Part shown: positions 51,686 through 64,000 of the stretch, piece by piece
How the letters are laid out: every line of letters begins with the position of its first letter
Position numbering within the stretch: position 1 is the stretch's first letter
NCBI GenBank assembly: GCA_036172245.1
Contig: JAYWIR010000005.1
Coordinates: 186,001-250,000 of the forward strand
Source: Raillietiella orientalis
Taxonomy: Eukaryota
DNA length: 64,000 nt
Direction of reading: 5' to 3'
Position numbers and translations under genes: made by a program
Notes under the pieces: model-generated
The model's input: the letters and a program-made list of their open reading frames with translations, nothing else
What the model was told of the DNA's origin: nothing
Database searches by the model: none

Positions 51686-54600
51686 CTAAGAATTTCCTTC
51701 GTAGATCCGGCAGAACACCAGGACAGCTATTCTTCTTAATAAATCCGACTCCATAAATATGCAGGAGTCAGCCAGGACTTGTCCTTTTCCAAAGTTCCGT
51801 CCAATATCCAAGTCCAATGCTTCCAGGTCTGATCTCAATCAGCAGTCGCACACCTCAGAAGCGAAACCACGTAATCCGCAACGTTTTTATTGCTTAGCTT
51901 TGCTGCCTCCTCGGAGCGGTTTCCTGACGTGGGAGACGTTGGCATGATGAATGCCATTCGACCGTTGTGCAAGACTGTGCCGATAGTCCTCCTTCCCGCT
52001 GACGCATTTGTCAGTCAGAACGGGACTCCTCGCGAACGGTGTCGCATATCCCGGACGGAAAACGAAGGAGTCGGGAGCTTCCTCTGTTCCTGGCAAAAGC
52101 GATCGCGTCGAAATTTCTCTTCTGCGTATCACGGGGAAATCGCGCTGCGCCCAGTGCCTGAGAAAAAGAACCTCACGAAAGCAGCATCCGACCAGCGCAC
52201 TCCAGGACCGTCCTCTTCCGAAAAATCGGGAAAATAACGGGGGCTGACGCGATAGAAAATGCGGAAGCAAAGGTGCAGGACGAGGATGGAACTCCTCCCC
52301 GACCGGCAGGGACGGGTAATCGTCGGTAAGCGGTTGGCCACACATCGCAACATCCAGGAAGGGTCCCGACTTTGGCGAACGTCTTTCGAAGGCACGAACG
52401 GGAAGGAACTCCCAGGAACGTTCGGGGCAAGGGCGTGACAGCTTCCCTATCGCTGCCGCACGTATCCTTGGCAGGCCTCCCGCCAGCAACCAAGGTGCAG
52501 GCGGGCTGAGGTGTTCTCTTTCCGCCCTGTCGGGTGACTTTGGTCGGGCCACTGGAAGCATTCGCTTCGCGGCTGCACACCGGTCGCCGGGCAACTCAGG
52601 CAAATGAGACGTACCCCCCTCCCTCCCCCATCTTCCGTCGATCGCACAAACTCTCCAACCGAGGACTTTCCGAACTGGCGTGGTAAGCTCCGGGGACCCA
52701 AACCAACGGCGACCGCGCCCTGGTAGTCCGGCGGGAAAGTTCCCCTTCCTTCCCCCACCCCCTCCCGGGCCCCCCGCGGACGATTCGGAAAAAAGGTTCC
52801 GGGTCCGCAGCAGCTCTCCTGAGACAGTTTCCCTTGGAACACGAGCACGCTGTTCGCAGTCCTCCAGAACTAGCATCGGGAAGTCCCCGAAAGACGGGAT
52901 GCCGTGGAACGAAGTAATGATCTCGGAAGGCACTTCCGTGTCAGTTACACTTTCCAATTTATTGAGGCGTCCGTTCCCTCCGCCGGCTGCGATTCTTGAG
53001 GAATTCACGGCCGTGCGCTGTTCGCGCAGTCTGAAGATGAAATTAGCATCCCCCTAATTAAATATGCAATGGTGATTGAAACTCATTGCTGAAGATTGAC
53101 GTGATCGAGGGAAAGAGCGAACACGGCGAAAATTAAGTGGAAAATCCCGTATCAGCCACTCATTCGTTTCGCGGAAGCAGTTTAAAGAAGAAAAAAAAGG
53201 AAAAAAAAAAAAATCCAGAAACCCCAACATGATCTAAAAACGAGATTATGGTAACGGTGGTAAGCGGCCATGACAACCGTGTGTGTACCTCTTCGACTCC
53301 CTCATTCGCGCATGCATCGCGTACGCACGTATACGTTTTCGGTACACTGTAGGCAGCGGCTGGTTTCAGGGACCTCCCCGTTTCGTTTACCTTTTTTCTG
53401 TTTAAGGGGGGGGGGGAAGGGGGGGCGGTCAATTTTTCCTGACACTCCAATTAAGCATGCAAATAGCATCTGCTCGATTTTTCATCTCTCACGGAAACGC
53501 CGCGCGCGACACGTTTGCATGGAAACGGAAAAGCGTCTCCCAGGACAGCAAAAAGCCGCGCCAACGCCGCCGGTCCCGTTCCCCCGCAACCAGGCAGACG
53601 TTGCGCAGCGCAAGCAGGCGCAATGAAAACGAATTAATATTAACGGACCCACTTATTAATATTAGGGCCGATCGATAAGTGATGAACTACATCGAAAAGC
53701 GCGGGGTGGAACTTGGCAACACCGCACTCGCGCCAACTGGCAACGCTGGTTCTGCCTGTCGTAATGAATGCAGTGCGAACGTTGCTGCTGGTCTGCGATG
53801 CACTGCGCTTGCAAATCACATGGGCGGAGGTGTGTTACTCTGTGAAATTTTCTGCACTTGAGAGAAAGAGAGAGAGAGAGAGGGAGAGAGCAAAAAAAAA
53901 AAAAAAAACTGCTGCGGGAACATTCGCCATTGCTTCGTGAGGTTCACGGTGAGAACAGAGTTGACTGCTTGCAGTGTGCCTCCTTCACCGCCACGCAAGT
54001 TCTTCAGATGAGCTGGGAGGGCGTGTGAAAGATTGAATTTCCGAAGGGAGGCCCTGTCGATGGCGAGGTCGCCGGGCAGAAAACAACGCGAATGGACCCC
54101 ATTTTGCGTGCATCGGGGGCGATTCGGTCCGAGGCTCCCTTCGGGAAGGTTTCCACGACGACGACGTCTTTCCGTGGCCGTGGCCCGCTCGCTCTGCAGT
54201 CCGGACCCGGGAATAGGCCTTCCCCCCCCTTCTCCCCCTCCAAGTTAAGGAAGGAACCGCCGAGAGCTGCGCCACGTTTCGGCACGGGCCGTTCGCGGGT
54301 CCCGGAGGACGGTGTTCCGAGAAGCAGTGTAGGTGAGGAGCACATGTCCCGAACTCGGCGCTCGTGTTTCCTCTCCACCCGGGCTTGCAGAGCACAGTAG
54401 GCCACTTGCCCACGGAATAACCAATCTCAGCACCTGTTGATCTTCGAAACCTGCTCCGCTCGGGGCTCCCGGGAACGACGCTCGAGTTGAAAACAGGAGT
54501 CCCCCTCCCTGTTCGGCTGGAGCGTCCCCGACCAAGGTCAAAGCCAGCATCTGCTCCAACCGCGGGATCCGCTCGTCGAAGAGGGGTGCAAGGGCGTTCC

Positions 54601-56401
54601 GTTTCCGCGGCCGGTCACGCTCAAACATTCGATCTGATTTCTGCCCCACGACCCCGGCGGCGAACCCCGAGCGAGAACGCGCTAGAGGAAGAAACATGGC
54701 TGCTCCATGCAGGGCAGGTTTTTCGGCCCTCCCGTTTCCCCGTCTACGAGCGTTCAACCCGAAGATCCTGCGCCTCCGCTTCTATCCTCCATCCGGCGGA
54801 GCGTTCACGTTTCGCCCCTGTAGCCATCGGTAAGGACCCGAGCGGGGTCGCATACTCGGCGTGCAGTTACACGGTCGTCGCCGACGTCCTGCACTCCCGA
54901 ACCGCCAGTGAGAGTGCGAAGCAAGCGGCGGTGTCCATCCTCCGTTTACCGGCGTTTAGATGGCGCCCCGGCGCTCAACGCATTGCCCCGAGCAATCGAG
55001 TCCTGCCGCAAGACCGGACCGAGCGAGTCCGGGATCGATCCCGGTCCGTGGAGCTTTGCTCCTCTTCTCGCTCGGGCCTCCGCCGTTCCCGAGCGCAAAA
55101 CCTCCACGACGGAAACGCGGCGTGCAGGTGCTCCGAGTCGAGCGCAGTCGGGTGGAGGGAAGGCGAACAAATTTGCGGACCCTTGAGACGGAAGGGCGCG
55201 CCTTGCTGGCCACGGTGGAAGAAGCCCTCACCCCCCCGCCCCGCTCGCTGTGTGTGGCCACACCGCGGAGCGAAGTCGGCGGCGGCGTTTCCTTCCCATC
55301 TTGAAAGGGAATGCGCGTTCGTTCATCCCGTCCTTTCGTTTGCATCCTTCAGGTCACGCGCTGAAGGCGCCGCCGCTTCCGAGGAACGCCGCCGAGGTCC
55401 AGGCTTGCAGCAGCACCTTTTCCCATCCCTCCTGCCTGTCTTCACGGGGAACTTGGCCGCTGCCTGGAGGCGTCACTTTGCAGGGCGCCTCCCGGCTCCG
55501 GGGTGGCGAATTCGCCTTCTTCCCTTTGCCGGTGGTGGTCCTCACGTTTGGAACACCCGGAATAGGTGCGTACCGGGAGTCAAGTCGTCACTGGGCTTCC
55601 GGATCTCAGAATCTCGGGAAAGCGGGTTCCCAAAGGAGGAGTTTGCCTGCCAAGAAACGCCCCGTGGTCACAGTACGAAACGTGTGACAGAGGGGGAGGG
55701 GATACAGGCTGAGACGACGCGCCAGTACAAGCACCGAGCAGCCGAAGGTCAGCAAGTTGAGAAAGCGCGAAACTCGCCCCGCGTACGTAGGACTGCCTGC
55801 GTGGGATCAGTCTCCGAGTACCCGCGACGGTCGATTCGTCATCGTTTCATTTCATGAACGGCCGTGCTTAATTCCTAGCGAAGACAGGAGGCATGGTAAC
55901 GTCGGAGGATGCTCATCTGCATGTGAACGGTAGCATCGGCAGAAGAGGATAAAAAAGATCGGAAGGGGACCCGAAGGGGGTGAGGAAAAAAATAACGGGC
56001 TCGCCGAGGAATTTAATAACCAATCCGCGCCGCACGCAGCCGAAAAAACGCCGGGAACTGCTTTTCAATCTCTAGGGGGTAGATGTCCCCCGTTGTGCTT
56101 GAGAAATAAATAAGCAGTCGGTGTCCCTCCCAATAAATTATATGTACTCCGTGCGATTCTTTTGCGTGGTTTCCAAGGGTTCCTTCCCTGTGTCCCCGCA
56201 ATTGGCACTCATCACACAACCATTATCGTGGAAGGAGTCTTCCCTCGGGATACCATCGGAATCCGAAAAAAAGTCCGTCACTCCTTGATCACGGTGGTCG
56301 TGGTCGAGCGTGGATCACCCGCCGGGCAAAAAACTCGAGGCCGTCAGAAGTGCCCCGTGTCTTCCCAGACATCTCTCATTGTAGAGCGGAAGAGCAGATA
56401 A

Positions 56402-56882
56402 CTCTTCCTCCTCCTCCCTTCTTCCTCTCTTCCTTTTCCTCTCTTCTTCCTCTCTTCCTCCCTTCCTCTCTTCCTCCCTTCCTCTCTTCCTCCTCTCTTC
56501 CTCCTCCTCTCTTCTTCCTCTCTTCCTCCTCCTCTCTTCTTCCTCTCTTCCTGCTCCTCTCTTCCTCCTCCTCTCTTCTTCCTCCCTTCCTCCTCTCTTC
56601 CTCCTCCTCTCTTCTTCCTCCCTTCCTCCTCTCTTCCTCCTACTCTCTTCTTCCTCCCTTCCTCCTTTCCTCTTTTGCTCTCTTCCTCCACCTTCCCCTT
56701 CCTCCCTCTCTCCCTCCCTTCCTCTTCCTCTTCTCTCTTCCTTCTCCTCCTTCTTCCTGCCTTCCTCCATTCTCCCTCTTCCGCCTCTTTCCTTTCCTCC
56801 TCGCTTTTTTTCCTTACACTTCCCTTTCTTCTCTTTCTCCTTCCTCCTCCTCCTCCCCCCTCTTCCTTACTCCTTCCTTCCT
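56402..56882 (+). repeat. Polypyrimidine (CCT/CTT)n simple repeat
   Basis: About 480 nt that is almost entirely C/T. The ORFs called across it are artefacts. Confidence 0.95.
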
Positions 56883-58450
56883 ACTCCAAGGCGCTACCTC
56901 GTGCGTCCTTGGAAGTTCTTGTTGAGCGCAGCCGGCCAAAAGAAGGGAAAAAAAAGGTCGACGCGTTCCGCGCGCGCCCATGTGCGAATTCCTCCTCCCC
57001 TTTTCACACATGCGTGACGCTTCTCTGCCCTGTAGCGTTCGAAAGCGCATGCAAATCCAAGCGAAGAAGCTGCACGCGCGCGGGTCGCCATGGATGGCGA
57101 CTTCCGTGACCTCAGCAGCGCGTCCGCGGCTTGCAGCCGCGCGCGGGAGGAGAAAAAACGGGGGATGCAGTTTCAAGGAAGCAGGCCGATGCCGGAAAGG
57201 AAACACGGCTCCTCCTCCTCTTTCGGGGGACGAGCGAGAGAGAGCGCTGACGTCATCGCCTGGTTGCCCACTTGCGCTTCGATCCAAGTCGAACTTCGAA
57301 CCCAGCAGGTGCAAACGCGAGACTTTGGTTTCCCGGGATCCTGCGCGTCTCGCAAGGTGATTAGGAAACGCGCCGGGCGAATGCCGCGGGTACTCGGATG
57401 GACCGAAACCTCTGGGAGAGAGGAAGGGGGGCTGGGGGCAAAGCTAGCGGCTCAGCGGCGGAAGGGTGGGCGAATGGCGAGACCCGACAGGTGCGCTGAC
57501 CTTTCTTCTTTTTGTTTTTGTTTTGGTGGTGGCGTCCGCGTCGGTCCAACTGTCGAAAGCGGCGCGGCATGCAAAGATCTCTCTTTCTCTTACCACGAAT
57601 ATTTCGTCGGACATGGCGTCTTCGGCAAGGGCGGGCCACTCATCCGGGAAGCGCGGCAGCCGCGTTCGATTTCTAGGTGAGGAGCCCCACTTCCTCGGAG
57701 GATGGAATTCCACCAAGCGACACCTCTGCCACACCGCCGCCGTTGCCGTGGTGACGCCCGTTGGTCTCGCTCGAAGGGGACCTCCATTTGGAAGGGGTGG
57801 AGACACACGCGGTCCGGCTTGGCGCTCCCGGGGTCAGGCGGGTCGCCTCGCCCTGCTGACCCGGAGCGCACCCTCCCGCCAGTGCCCCCACCCGCTCGCA
57901 AAGGGTTGTCTCTCTCTGCTCTTCGCTAGCCCATCCCTCAAGCCGCTTTAGTTCGAGGATGACGTCAGCAGCGCGCGAACCCCGCAGGAGGAGAAAAGCC
58001 GGTCTTTCCCTCCCGAAACCAGGAGGACGAGCCCTCTTTCGGACTCCTCACTCAGAGGTTGGCGGTGGAGGAAAGGGAGGCAGTGCCACGGAGCGACCTC
58101 TCCGGCCCGTAGATCGGCGTTCCAATGCCGGCGGAAGGAGTTTCCTGGATTCTTCCCGCTGCTCCTCGCGAGCATCGAGCAAGGGGGTACCCGTCTGAGC
58201 GGTCACCCACCCTGGTCGAACTGCCGCAACTTGCGCCCCCCCCTCCTCGCGGGACGTGAATACCGATCGGTAGATGCCTCGGTCACCTTGGTAACCGTTT
58301 TTCAAGTCAGTGAAGAACTGACCGCCGGACGGGCACCCCGCGAAAGGAAAATCTCCTCTTCCTCCTCCTCCTCCTTCTCGTTTTTCCCCGGATTGGCGGT
58401 CGGGAAGGGGGTGCACCTCAACCCCGTCAGAACCTTTGGACACGAGGGCC

Positions 58451-60599
58451 ATGGCGGGCGACGACGGCCCGCGGGAAGTCGCTCCCGAATCCGGCCTGTT
58501 CCCCCTGCTCATCATCGTCTGCTCGGCCGCATGTCTCTTCGTCTACAAGCTCGGAACGGACAGGGCCAAGGAGCAGGTGAGGTCACGGAATCTCCGCATT
58601 CGCTCCTTTCCTTCTCCTCACATCCCCCTCGAGCCCCTCCTCACTGGCTCGGCCCGGAAACCCTCCCACGCGCGGACCACTCGAGAGCGCTTCCCACCAC
58701 CGGCGTCAAGTCCGCCGGAACGCCAGGAACCCCTCCTTCCCAAGAATCCGCCACCAGTCCGGCCCCATCGAGCGGGCAACTCCTCAGCTGCCCTCGTGGG
58801 CTCCCGGAGATCCCAGGCACCCTTCTCTTCCTCCAGCCAGGAGCTTTTGCGAGCGAGAGCCCCGTGGCTCCGGGCCTCCTCTCTTCCTCTTCTTCCCTTC
58901 CTCCTTTTCCTCCCTTCATCCTCCTCCGTTTTCTTCTTCCACCACCCCCCTCTGGACCACTTCCCTCTCCTCGAAAGCTAACTGGGAGCTGTGTACCCCG
59001 CCCTTTTTTCTAGTAATCCCAGGGAATCCCTGGGATCGCGTCGGTGTACAGGGGGAGGGATTCTCCGTGGGTTCCGAAGGTGTGGGAGTGGAGGAGCGGA
59101 AGTTCCAACGCAAACTGACCAACACCTCTGCGACGCGCGGCGATGGGCGCGCGAGGTCTGCGCACCTTCCCCCTTTCCCTCCGCAGACGCGGGGTGGGAG
59201 CGCTCTTGAGGAAGGAGGAGCAGGTCGCGCTCGGAGGTAGCGGGGTCGGCAAGGTCCGGGGAGTCCCTGGAGTCCTATCAAGCGTAGCCGCCAGCTGTAG
59301 GGACGTTGACGCATCTCCTCCCTGCGATATTCCTCCTCCCCCCCCTTCCAAGCTCTCATCCGGGGGGAGGAGCCAAACGAGCGCCGCCAGAGTGAATGCG
59401 GATGAAGCGAGAGCTTCCTTCTTCCGGACTGCGCGGTGCTGAGGACGTGACCCCCGTCCTGCTGATGTGGCGCCCCTCCCCCTTTGCAGGCACGGCGAAA
59501 GATGAGCGCGCTGCTGAGGAGGCTGGCAGAGCTGGAGGAGGAGGGCAGCAGGGCGGTATCCATGCTGGAGGCGCAGGCGGCGGAGTCCCGGCGCTCCCGG
59601 GCGGGGCGTCTGGTCGAGCTGGTGGGCCGGCGGGTGGACGACGCCATCGAGGAGCTTCGCCGCATCCGCCTCGGCGAGCACCACGGCCTCCTGAGCCAGC
59701 CGCGGACGGAGGAGGAGCTGAGGAGGGAACTGGCGAAGGCGGAGGCTCAGGGGGAGGTCCTTCGCGGGCGGCTGGAGGAGCTGCACGCGGGCCTGAGCCG
59801 CGCTCTCGGGGAGGATGCAGCAGCCCCAGGCAGCGCCGCACGGCGCCTGGCGGGCGACCTCGCCGGGCTGACGCGTTCTACCGCGGAGGCGGCCCGCAAG
59901 GGCAGGCAGCTGAGGGCCAGGAACGCCAGCCTCCGGGAACAGCGCTACCTCCGGGAGCAGCTCATCTCCGGTATGCAGCGGGATCTCGGGAGGCTGCGCG
60001 AGTACCATGGGAGCAACCGCGCGCTGAAGAGGCAGGTCCTCCGCCTGCTTGTTGGGAAGAAGAGCGAAGAGGAAGCGTCCCGGGAGAACCTGGAGAGGAT
60101 CGAGGAGCTGCAGGAGGAAGGCCGGAGAAAGAACGAGCGGATGCGGACACTGGTCTCCCAGGCGGCGCCGCCGGTGCCTCCCGGGCGCCGGCGGAGGAGA
60201 AGCGCGCGCCGGGAGAGGGAACAGCAGAGGGGGGAGGCAGAGCCGGGAGCTGCCGCTGGTGGGGACCGTTCGCTCACCTTGACCCGCGGACTTCTCGCCG
60301 ACTCACTGAGGACGCTGCTCTCCTTCACGGGCGACCTCTCCAGCGCCAGCGCGGAGGAGGTGAAGAGCATCCTCGAAGACGTCGTCAGGGACCTCGAGGA
60401 GAAGCGCTCCATGACGGAGAGGATGGAACAGGTGGAGCGTCCAGCCGCCGCCTTCCGCATCGAGGCAGACGACCTGCGAAGCGACCCCTTCCTGGAGCAT
60501 GCAGGCATCTGGGACAGCTTTCTGAAAGCTGCCTCGCAGGCTCCCGGGGGCACTCCTCTCCCGACCCAGCAACCTCCGGGTCAGGGAGCGCCTCTTTGA
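58451..60599 (+). CDS. Uncharacterised protein with N-terminal transmembrane helix and long coiled coil; exons 58451-58576, 59490-60599 (~411 aa)
   Basis: GCCATGG Kozak start. Exon 1 reads MAGDDGPREVAPESGLFPLLIIVCSAACLFVYKLGTDRAKEQ|gtgagg. A phase-0 acceptor (ccctttgcag|GCA) leads into a 369-codon Leu/Glu/Arg-rich helical ORF with strong GC3 bias. Confidence 0.75.
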
Positions 60600-62249
60600 C
60601 CTCGAACCCAACAGAAAGTACAGCCTGTGCAGGCGACCTGCCCTCTTACGGGTTCATCCGGCGGCGGAGGTCTCGCGATCGACGCGCCGCCCTGCAGGAT
60701 ACGGGGAAGGGAGAGGGCAAAGCGCCGTTGGGTTGCCACGGCCGCATCTTAGACACTCCGAGCGAGTTGGCTCACGTGTTGCCGCCGCCACCTTCGGCGA
60801 TCGGAAGGCGGCGCCGTCTCGGGCCAGCGGAGGCCGTTGCCGCTAGGAGCGCGCGCGCGCGAACCAACCTCTCCTAATGGGGGGTGCACCTCCGCAGCCG
60901 CCTCGCCGGGCCCGGCAGCCCCTCATGCAGGCGATGGCTCGCTTGAGACGGCCGCGCCCGGAAGGTCTTAAGAGGATGCCTCTGCCCTCGGCCCCTCGTG
61001 ACCTTCAGCTAGGGTGAGGGGGGACAAAGGCGCGATCGCTCTTTCCTCCGCGATGATGGCGCGAAGACTCGTGAAGCTCCTCAGAGGGGAGAACGAGGGC
61101 ACCGCGACGGCATGGTGGCGGCGGAGAGCGGGAAGAGGAAGCAGAAGCGACCGTGCGGTCCGAGACGATCTCCCCGCTCGCCTCCGGCCGGCCCCGTGGG
61201 ACCCTTCGGCGTGGGTACTCCTCGGAGGACTCTCCGAGAAGGGCAAACTCCACGACCCTTCCGGTAGACCATCCGTGCATCCTCTCCCTGTCTCGTTTTG
61301 GAGCCTCGCGGGCGCTCCCTCCGCATTCTCGGCCGGCCCGTGACGGAGAGCAGCATCTCCGCTGCTCGCGGAGACGAGCCGCCAGCGTATCGCGGCGGCA
61401 GCGGCCGGAACTTTTCCCGGAGGGAAATTCGTCCGAAGGGCCGAGGCGGCTCATGAGAACAATCCTGCCTTCCCTTGGCCCCGGATCTCGCCGCTGACAC
61501 AGCGGGAACTTGGTACACCTGGTCAGCATCGACATGACCTCTCCTTACCTTGAGTCAGCTCGCTGAGGGCGCATCCAGGGCACGGGCGCTCGTGCCAGCC
61601 GGCTCGAGGGACGGGAGCTTCCAGCGAGAAGGTGCTATGGGTGCGGCGGAGGGTCTCCCAAGACACTCTCGCCGTCACCAGGACCAGACGGCGACATCGG
61701 CCCCGTTCCTTCTTGTTGCCTGCTCTTGCCACACCTCCCACCCTCCCACTCGGATCCCCGATGCCCCACCTCCGCCGCCCCGAATCGGAACGCCACCTGG
61801 AAACGAGGTTTTTCTCCCCCCCCCCTCGTCCCCCTGTCAACGGAGAGGGATACTCACTCGCCTGCGGGGTCCACTTCCGGCTTCCTGGAAAGCAATCGAG
61901 GCCTTTCCTGCAGAGGCGCGTGCGGCCGAAGACTGAGAGCGGAAGAGATTCCTCAATGATGAGGTCGCGCGCATGCCGAAGACCGGATGGACCTCGCGGT
62001 CTTCGGAAGGACCTCGGCGGGGCGTCCTCGGCCGACGAGGAAGCCGACGACGCGCACCTGCCGGGGGACAGGGGCGCTCGAATGACCCCGGCCTTGAGGC
62101 AGAGGCTCCCTGGTCTACGGGACTCGTCGCCCTCGGCAACGACCCACTCATAGAGCTGTCCCCGGAGAGCTGCATCTGTAGCGCTCTCCAGGGGTCCACA
62201 GTCCCGCGGGGGTCCCCCTCTCTCCTTCTTCCTCTTAGTCGAAAGCAGC

Positions 62250-62255
62250 TTTATT
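62250..62255 (-). terminator. Polyadenylation signal of bursicon beta
   Basis: AATAAA on the minus strand ~70 nt after the stop codon. Confidence 0.7.
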
Positions 62256-62326
62256 ACTTCACAGGGCGGGGGGGGGGATGGCTTCAGGCAAGCGGACTGC
62301 AGGCAAGGAGGAGGCGCGCCCACGGC

Positions 62327-63024
62327 CTACTCGTTCTTCTCCTGGCAGGAGAGGCAGAGGCAGTCCGCGGGCTCCTTGATTGCGACCTTCATGATGGATA
62401 GGTGACCTTGCAGCTGAATCCCGTCAGGGTCGTAGCATCTGGTCAGCAGGAGGACACGCTTGCGCAGACCCGTTTCCCGACAACACGAGCACTCCTGGAA
62501 GGAGGAAAGGCGTCGGCGCGCTCCCCTATGATCTCCCAGGTGAGTGGAGGTGAAGCGACCCGTGTGACCCTGGTTCGACCTGTGCGCGCGCCGCAGGGAA
62601 GCGCGGGATCCCTGGGGCGGGAGCTCTCTCGGGCGGTCGTTGCCGGACGGTTGGGATCAAGCGGGAAGGGAGTGAAGGACCGCCCGAGGAGATTTGCCGA
62701 CCGCGCCTACGGACTTTAGAGAATCCCGACGCCGCGTTGACGCTGGGCTGGATCTGGGAAGAGCAGGACCCCTCGCACTTGTTGACGGCGACGTCCGCCT
62801 CGCAGCTGCGCTGAAGGATGCCGATATCGTTGTACTCTTCTGCAAGGAGGCGGAGTCAGGTCGCTCGCGGAGGCCAACTCGCCCCCGCCCGTACCTTTGG
62901 TCACATGCACCGTCGTGGGCACCGTCTCGCACGTGGACTTCCTGATCTCCTCGAGCAGAGAGGAGGTCCGCGGCGGAGGCAGCAGCAGCAGCAGAAGCAG
63001 CGACCAGACGTCCGGCGGCGGCAT
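62327..63024 (-). CDS. pburs: Bursicon beta subunit (partner of bursicon), cystine-knot neurohormone; exons 63024-62895, 62839-62715, 62494-62327 (140 aa)
   Basis: Spliced translation: MPPPDVWSLLLLLLLPPPRTSSLLEEIRKSTCETVPTTVHVTK/EEYNDIGILQRSCEADVAVNKCEGSCSSQIQPSVNAASGFSK/ECSCCRETGLRKRVLLLTRCYDPDGIQLQGHLSIMKVAIKEPADCLCLSCQEKNE*. It has a signal-like leader, 11 Cys and the hallmark VNKCEG, QPSV, CCRE, CYDPDG and EPADC motifs. GT-AG introns of 55 and 220 nt have matching phases. Confidence 0.96.
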
Positions 63025-64000
63025 CCTCGGGCGCCAAATGGGGTCTGAGAGGGAGAACGACGCAGCTCGCGGGGTTTTTCTTCACGGCGGCGAGCCTGCG
63101 TGACCCCGGCGCCGGGGACTTCTCGCTGCGCGGCTGCGACTCCCCGGGCAGGTCCGTGATTGAATCCGGCGGCGCCGCTGGGCGGTCGCCCGGGAGAAGC
63201 GGCCACGGAGGCATACCTTCGGAGGGGCAGCGCGCGGGCGAAGGGGAGGAGGATAGAAAGGGGTCCCTCCCTCCTCCGGGAAAGTGTCCCCGTCCATTAT
63301 CGCCCCTCGCAGCCGCTGCCGATTGCCAGCCGACCCCCAGGAAGCCGGCAGCACCCGCAGCGCCGCACTTAGCGAAGGATCCGAGGATAGAGGGACGGCG
63401 GGATCTCGACATTCCGAGCAACTCCGGGAGCATCGACCCTCCCCGGAGGGACGTTCCTCCTCGCGATAAAGCCAACAACTCCTTCCTGGAGGAACATTCG
63501 AGAAGTTTTTCCCTCTCGGGGTCTCGGGTGGAGTGTTCGGAAGGACCTGGAACAACCTCCTCCCATTATTTCAGGCTGCGCACGGAAACGGAAGTCCCCT
63601 ACAAAGTCCCCAAGAGCCCTTAACAAGCGACCCGTCAAAAGAGTGCAATCTCCAGCAACGAGGCCGATGCGAAAAAGTCCCTGACATTAGGACCTCTTAA
63701 AACAGCCCCCCCCCCCTGCATCGAAAATTGGCGAGGCGCGAAGGTTTTCATCCGCTGCACAGTGTATTTTTAGACCTCATTGTTGGATGCCGTGCCGATC
63801 GCGCACGTTGACGTCACCCCGCGACGCTGGACTCGAGTCGGGTCAAGACGTTCTCCTCTTCGAAGCCTGGGGCTGATGATGCACCCCGAACTGCCCTGCC
63901 CTGAGAAGACATCGGCTTCTGGAGCTGTTCTCGGGGACAAGGAATGCAGCACTAGCCCCAGACTTCCACAGGGATAGCGCCTTAAAACCTTCCCGCCCCG

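Noticed and set aside
56315..56925. Glu/Arg/Lys-rich and Ser/Leu/Pro-rich ORFs
   Set aside because: They are translations of a simple CT repeat.
59396..60877. 493-aa overlapping ORF and antisense ORFs over the TM-coiled-coil exon
   Set aside because: They are shadow frames produced by GC3 bias in the real coding frame.

Overview
This is GC-rich eukaryotic DNA with spliceosomal introns, some only 55-67 nt. It is almost certainly from an arthropod, since it carries bursicon-beta and the arthropod-type EGR/Stripe motif. Most ORFs in the supplied track are GC-driven noise. Two genes are well supported: a 3-exon EGR/stripe C2H2 zinc-finger transcription factor (+, 25984-28149) and a 3-exon bursicon beta subunit (-, 62327-63024). 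Two more gene models are moderately supported: a divergent 7-exon CCDC39-like coiled-coil gene (-, ~45270-51283) and a 2-exon orphan with an N-terminal transmembrane helix and coiled coil (+, 58451-60599). The ~7 kb upstream of EGR resembles a vertebrate immediate-early-gene control region, with six full CRE palindromes, two CArG boxes, a MEF2 site, a PAR-bZIP site, E-boxes and a TATA-like box with Inr. It also has two unusual fold-back structures: a 69-nt hairpin with a CArG box in each arm, and a ~1.6-kb inverted duplication with an E-box/CRE in each near-identical arm. The first 15 kb holds several decayed copies of an unidentified coding/repeat family, a tRNA-derived fragment and other repeats. 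No CRISPR array, rRNA or intact transposon ORF was seen. All calls come from reading by eye, with no database searches.
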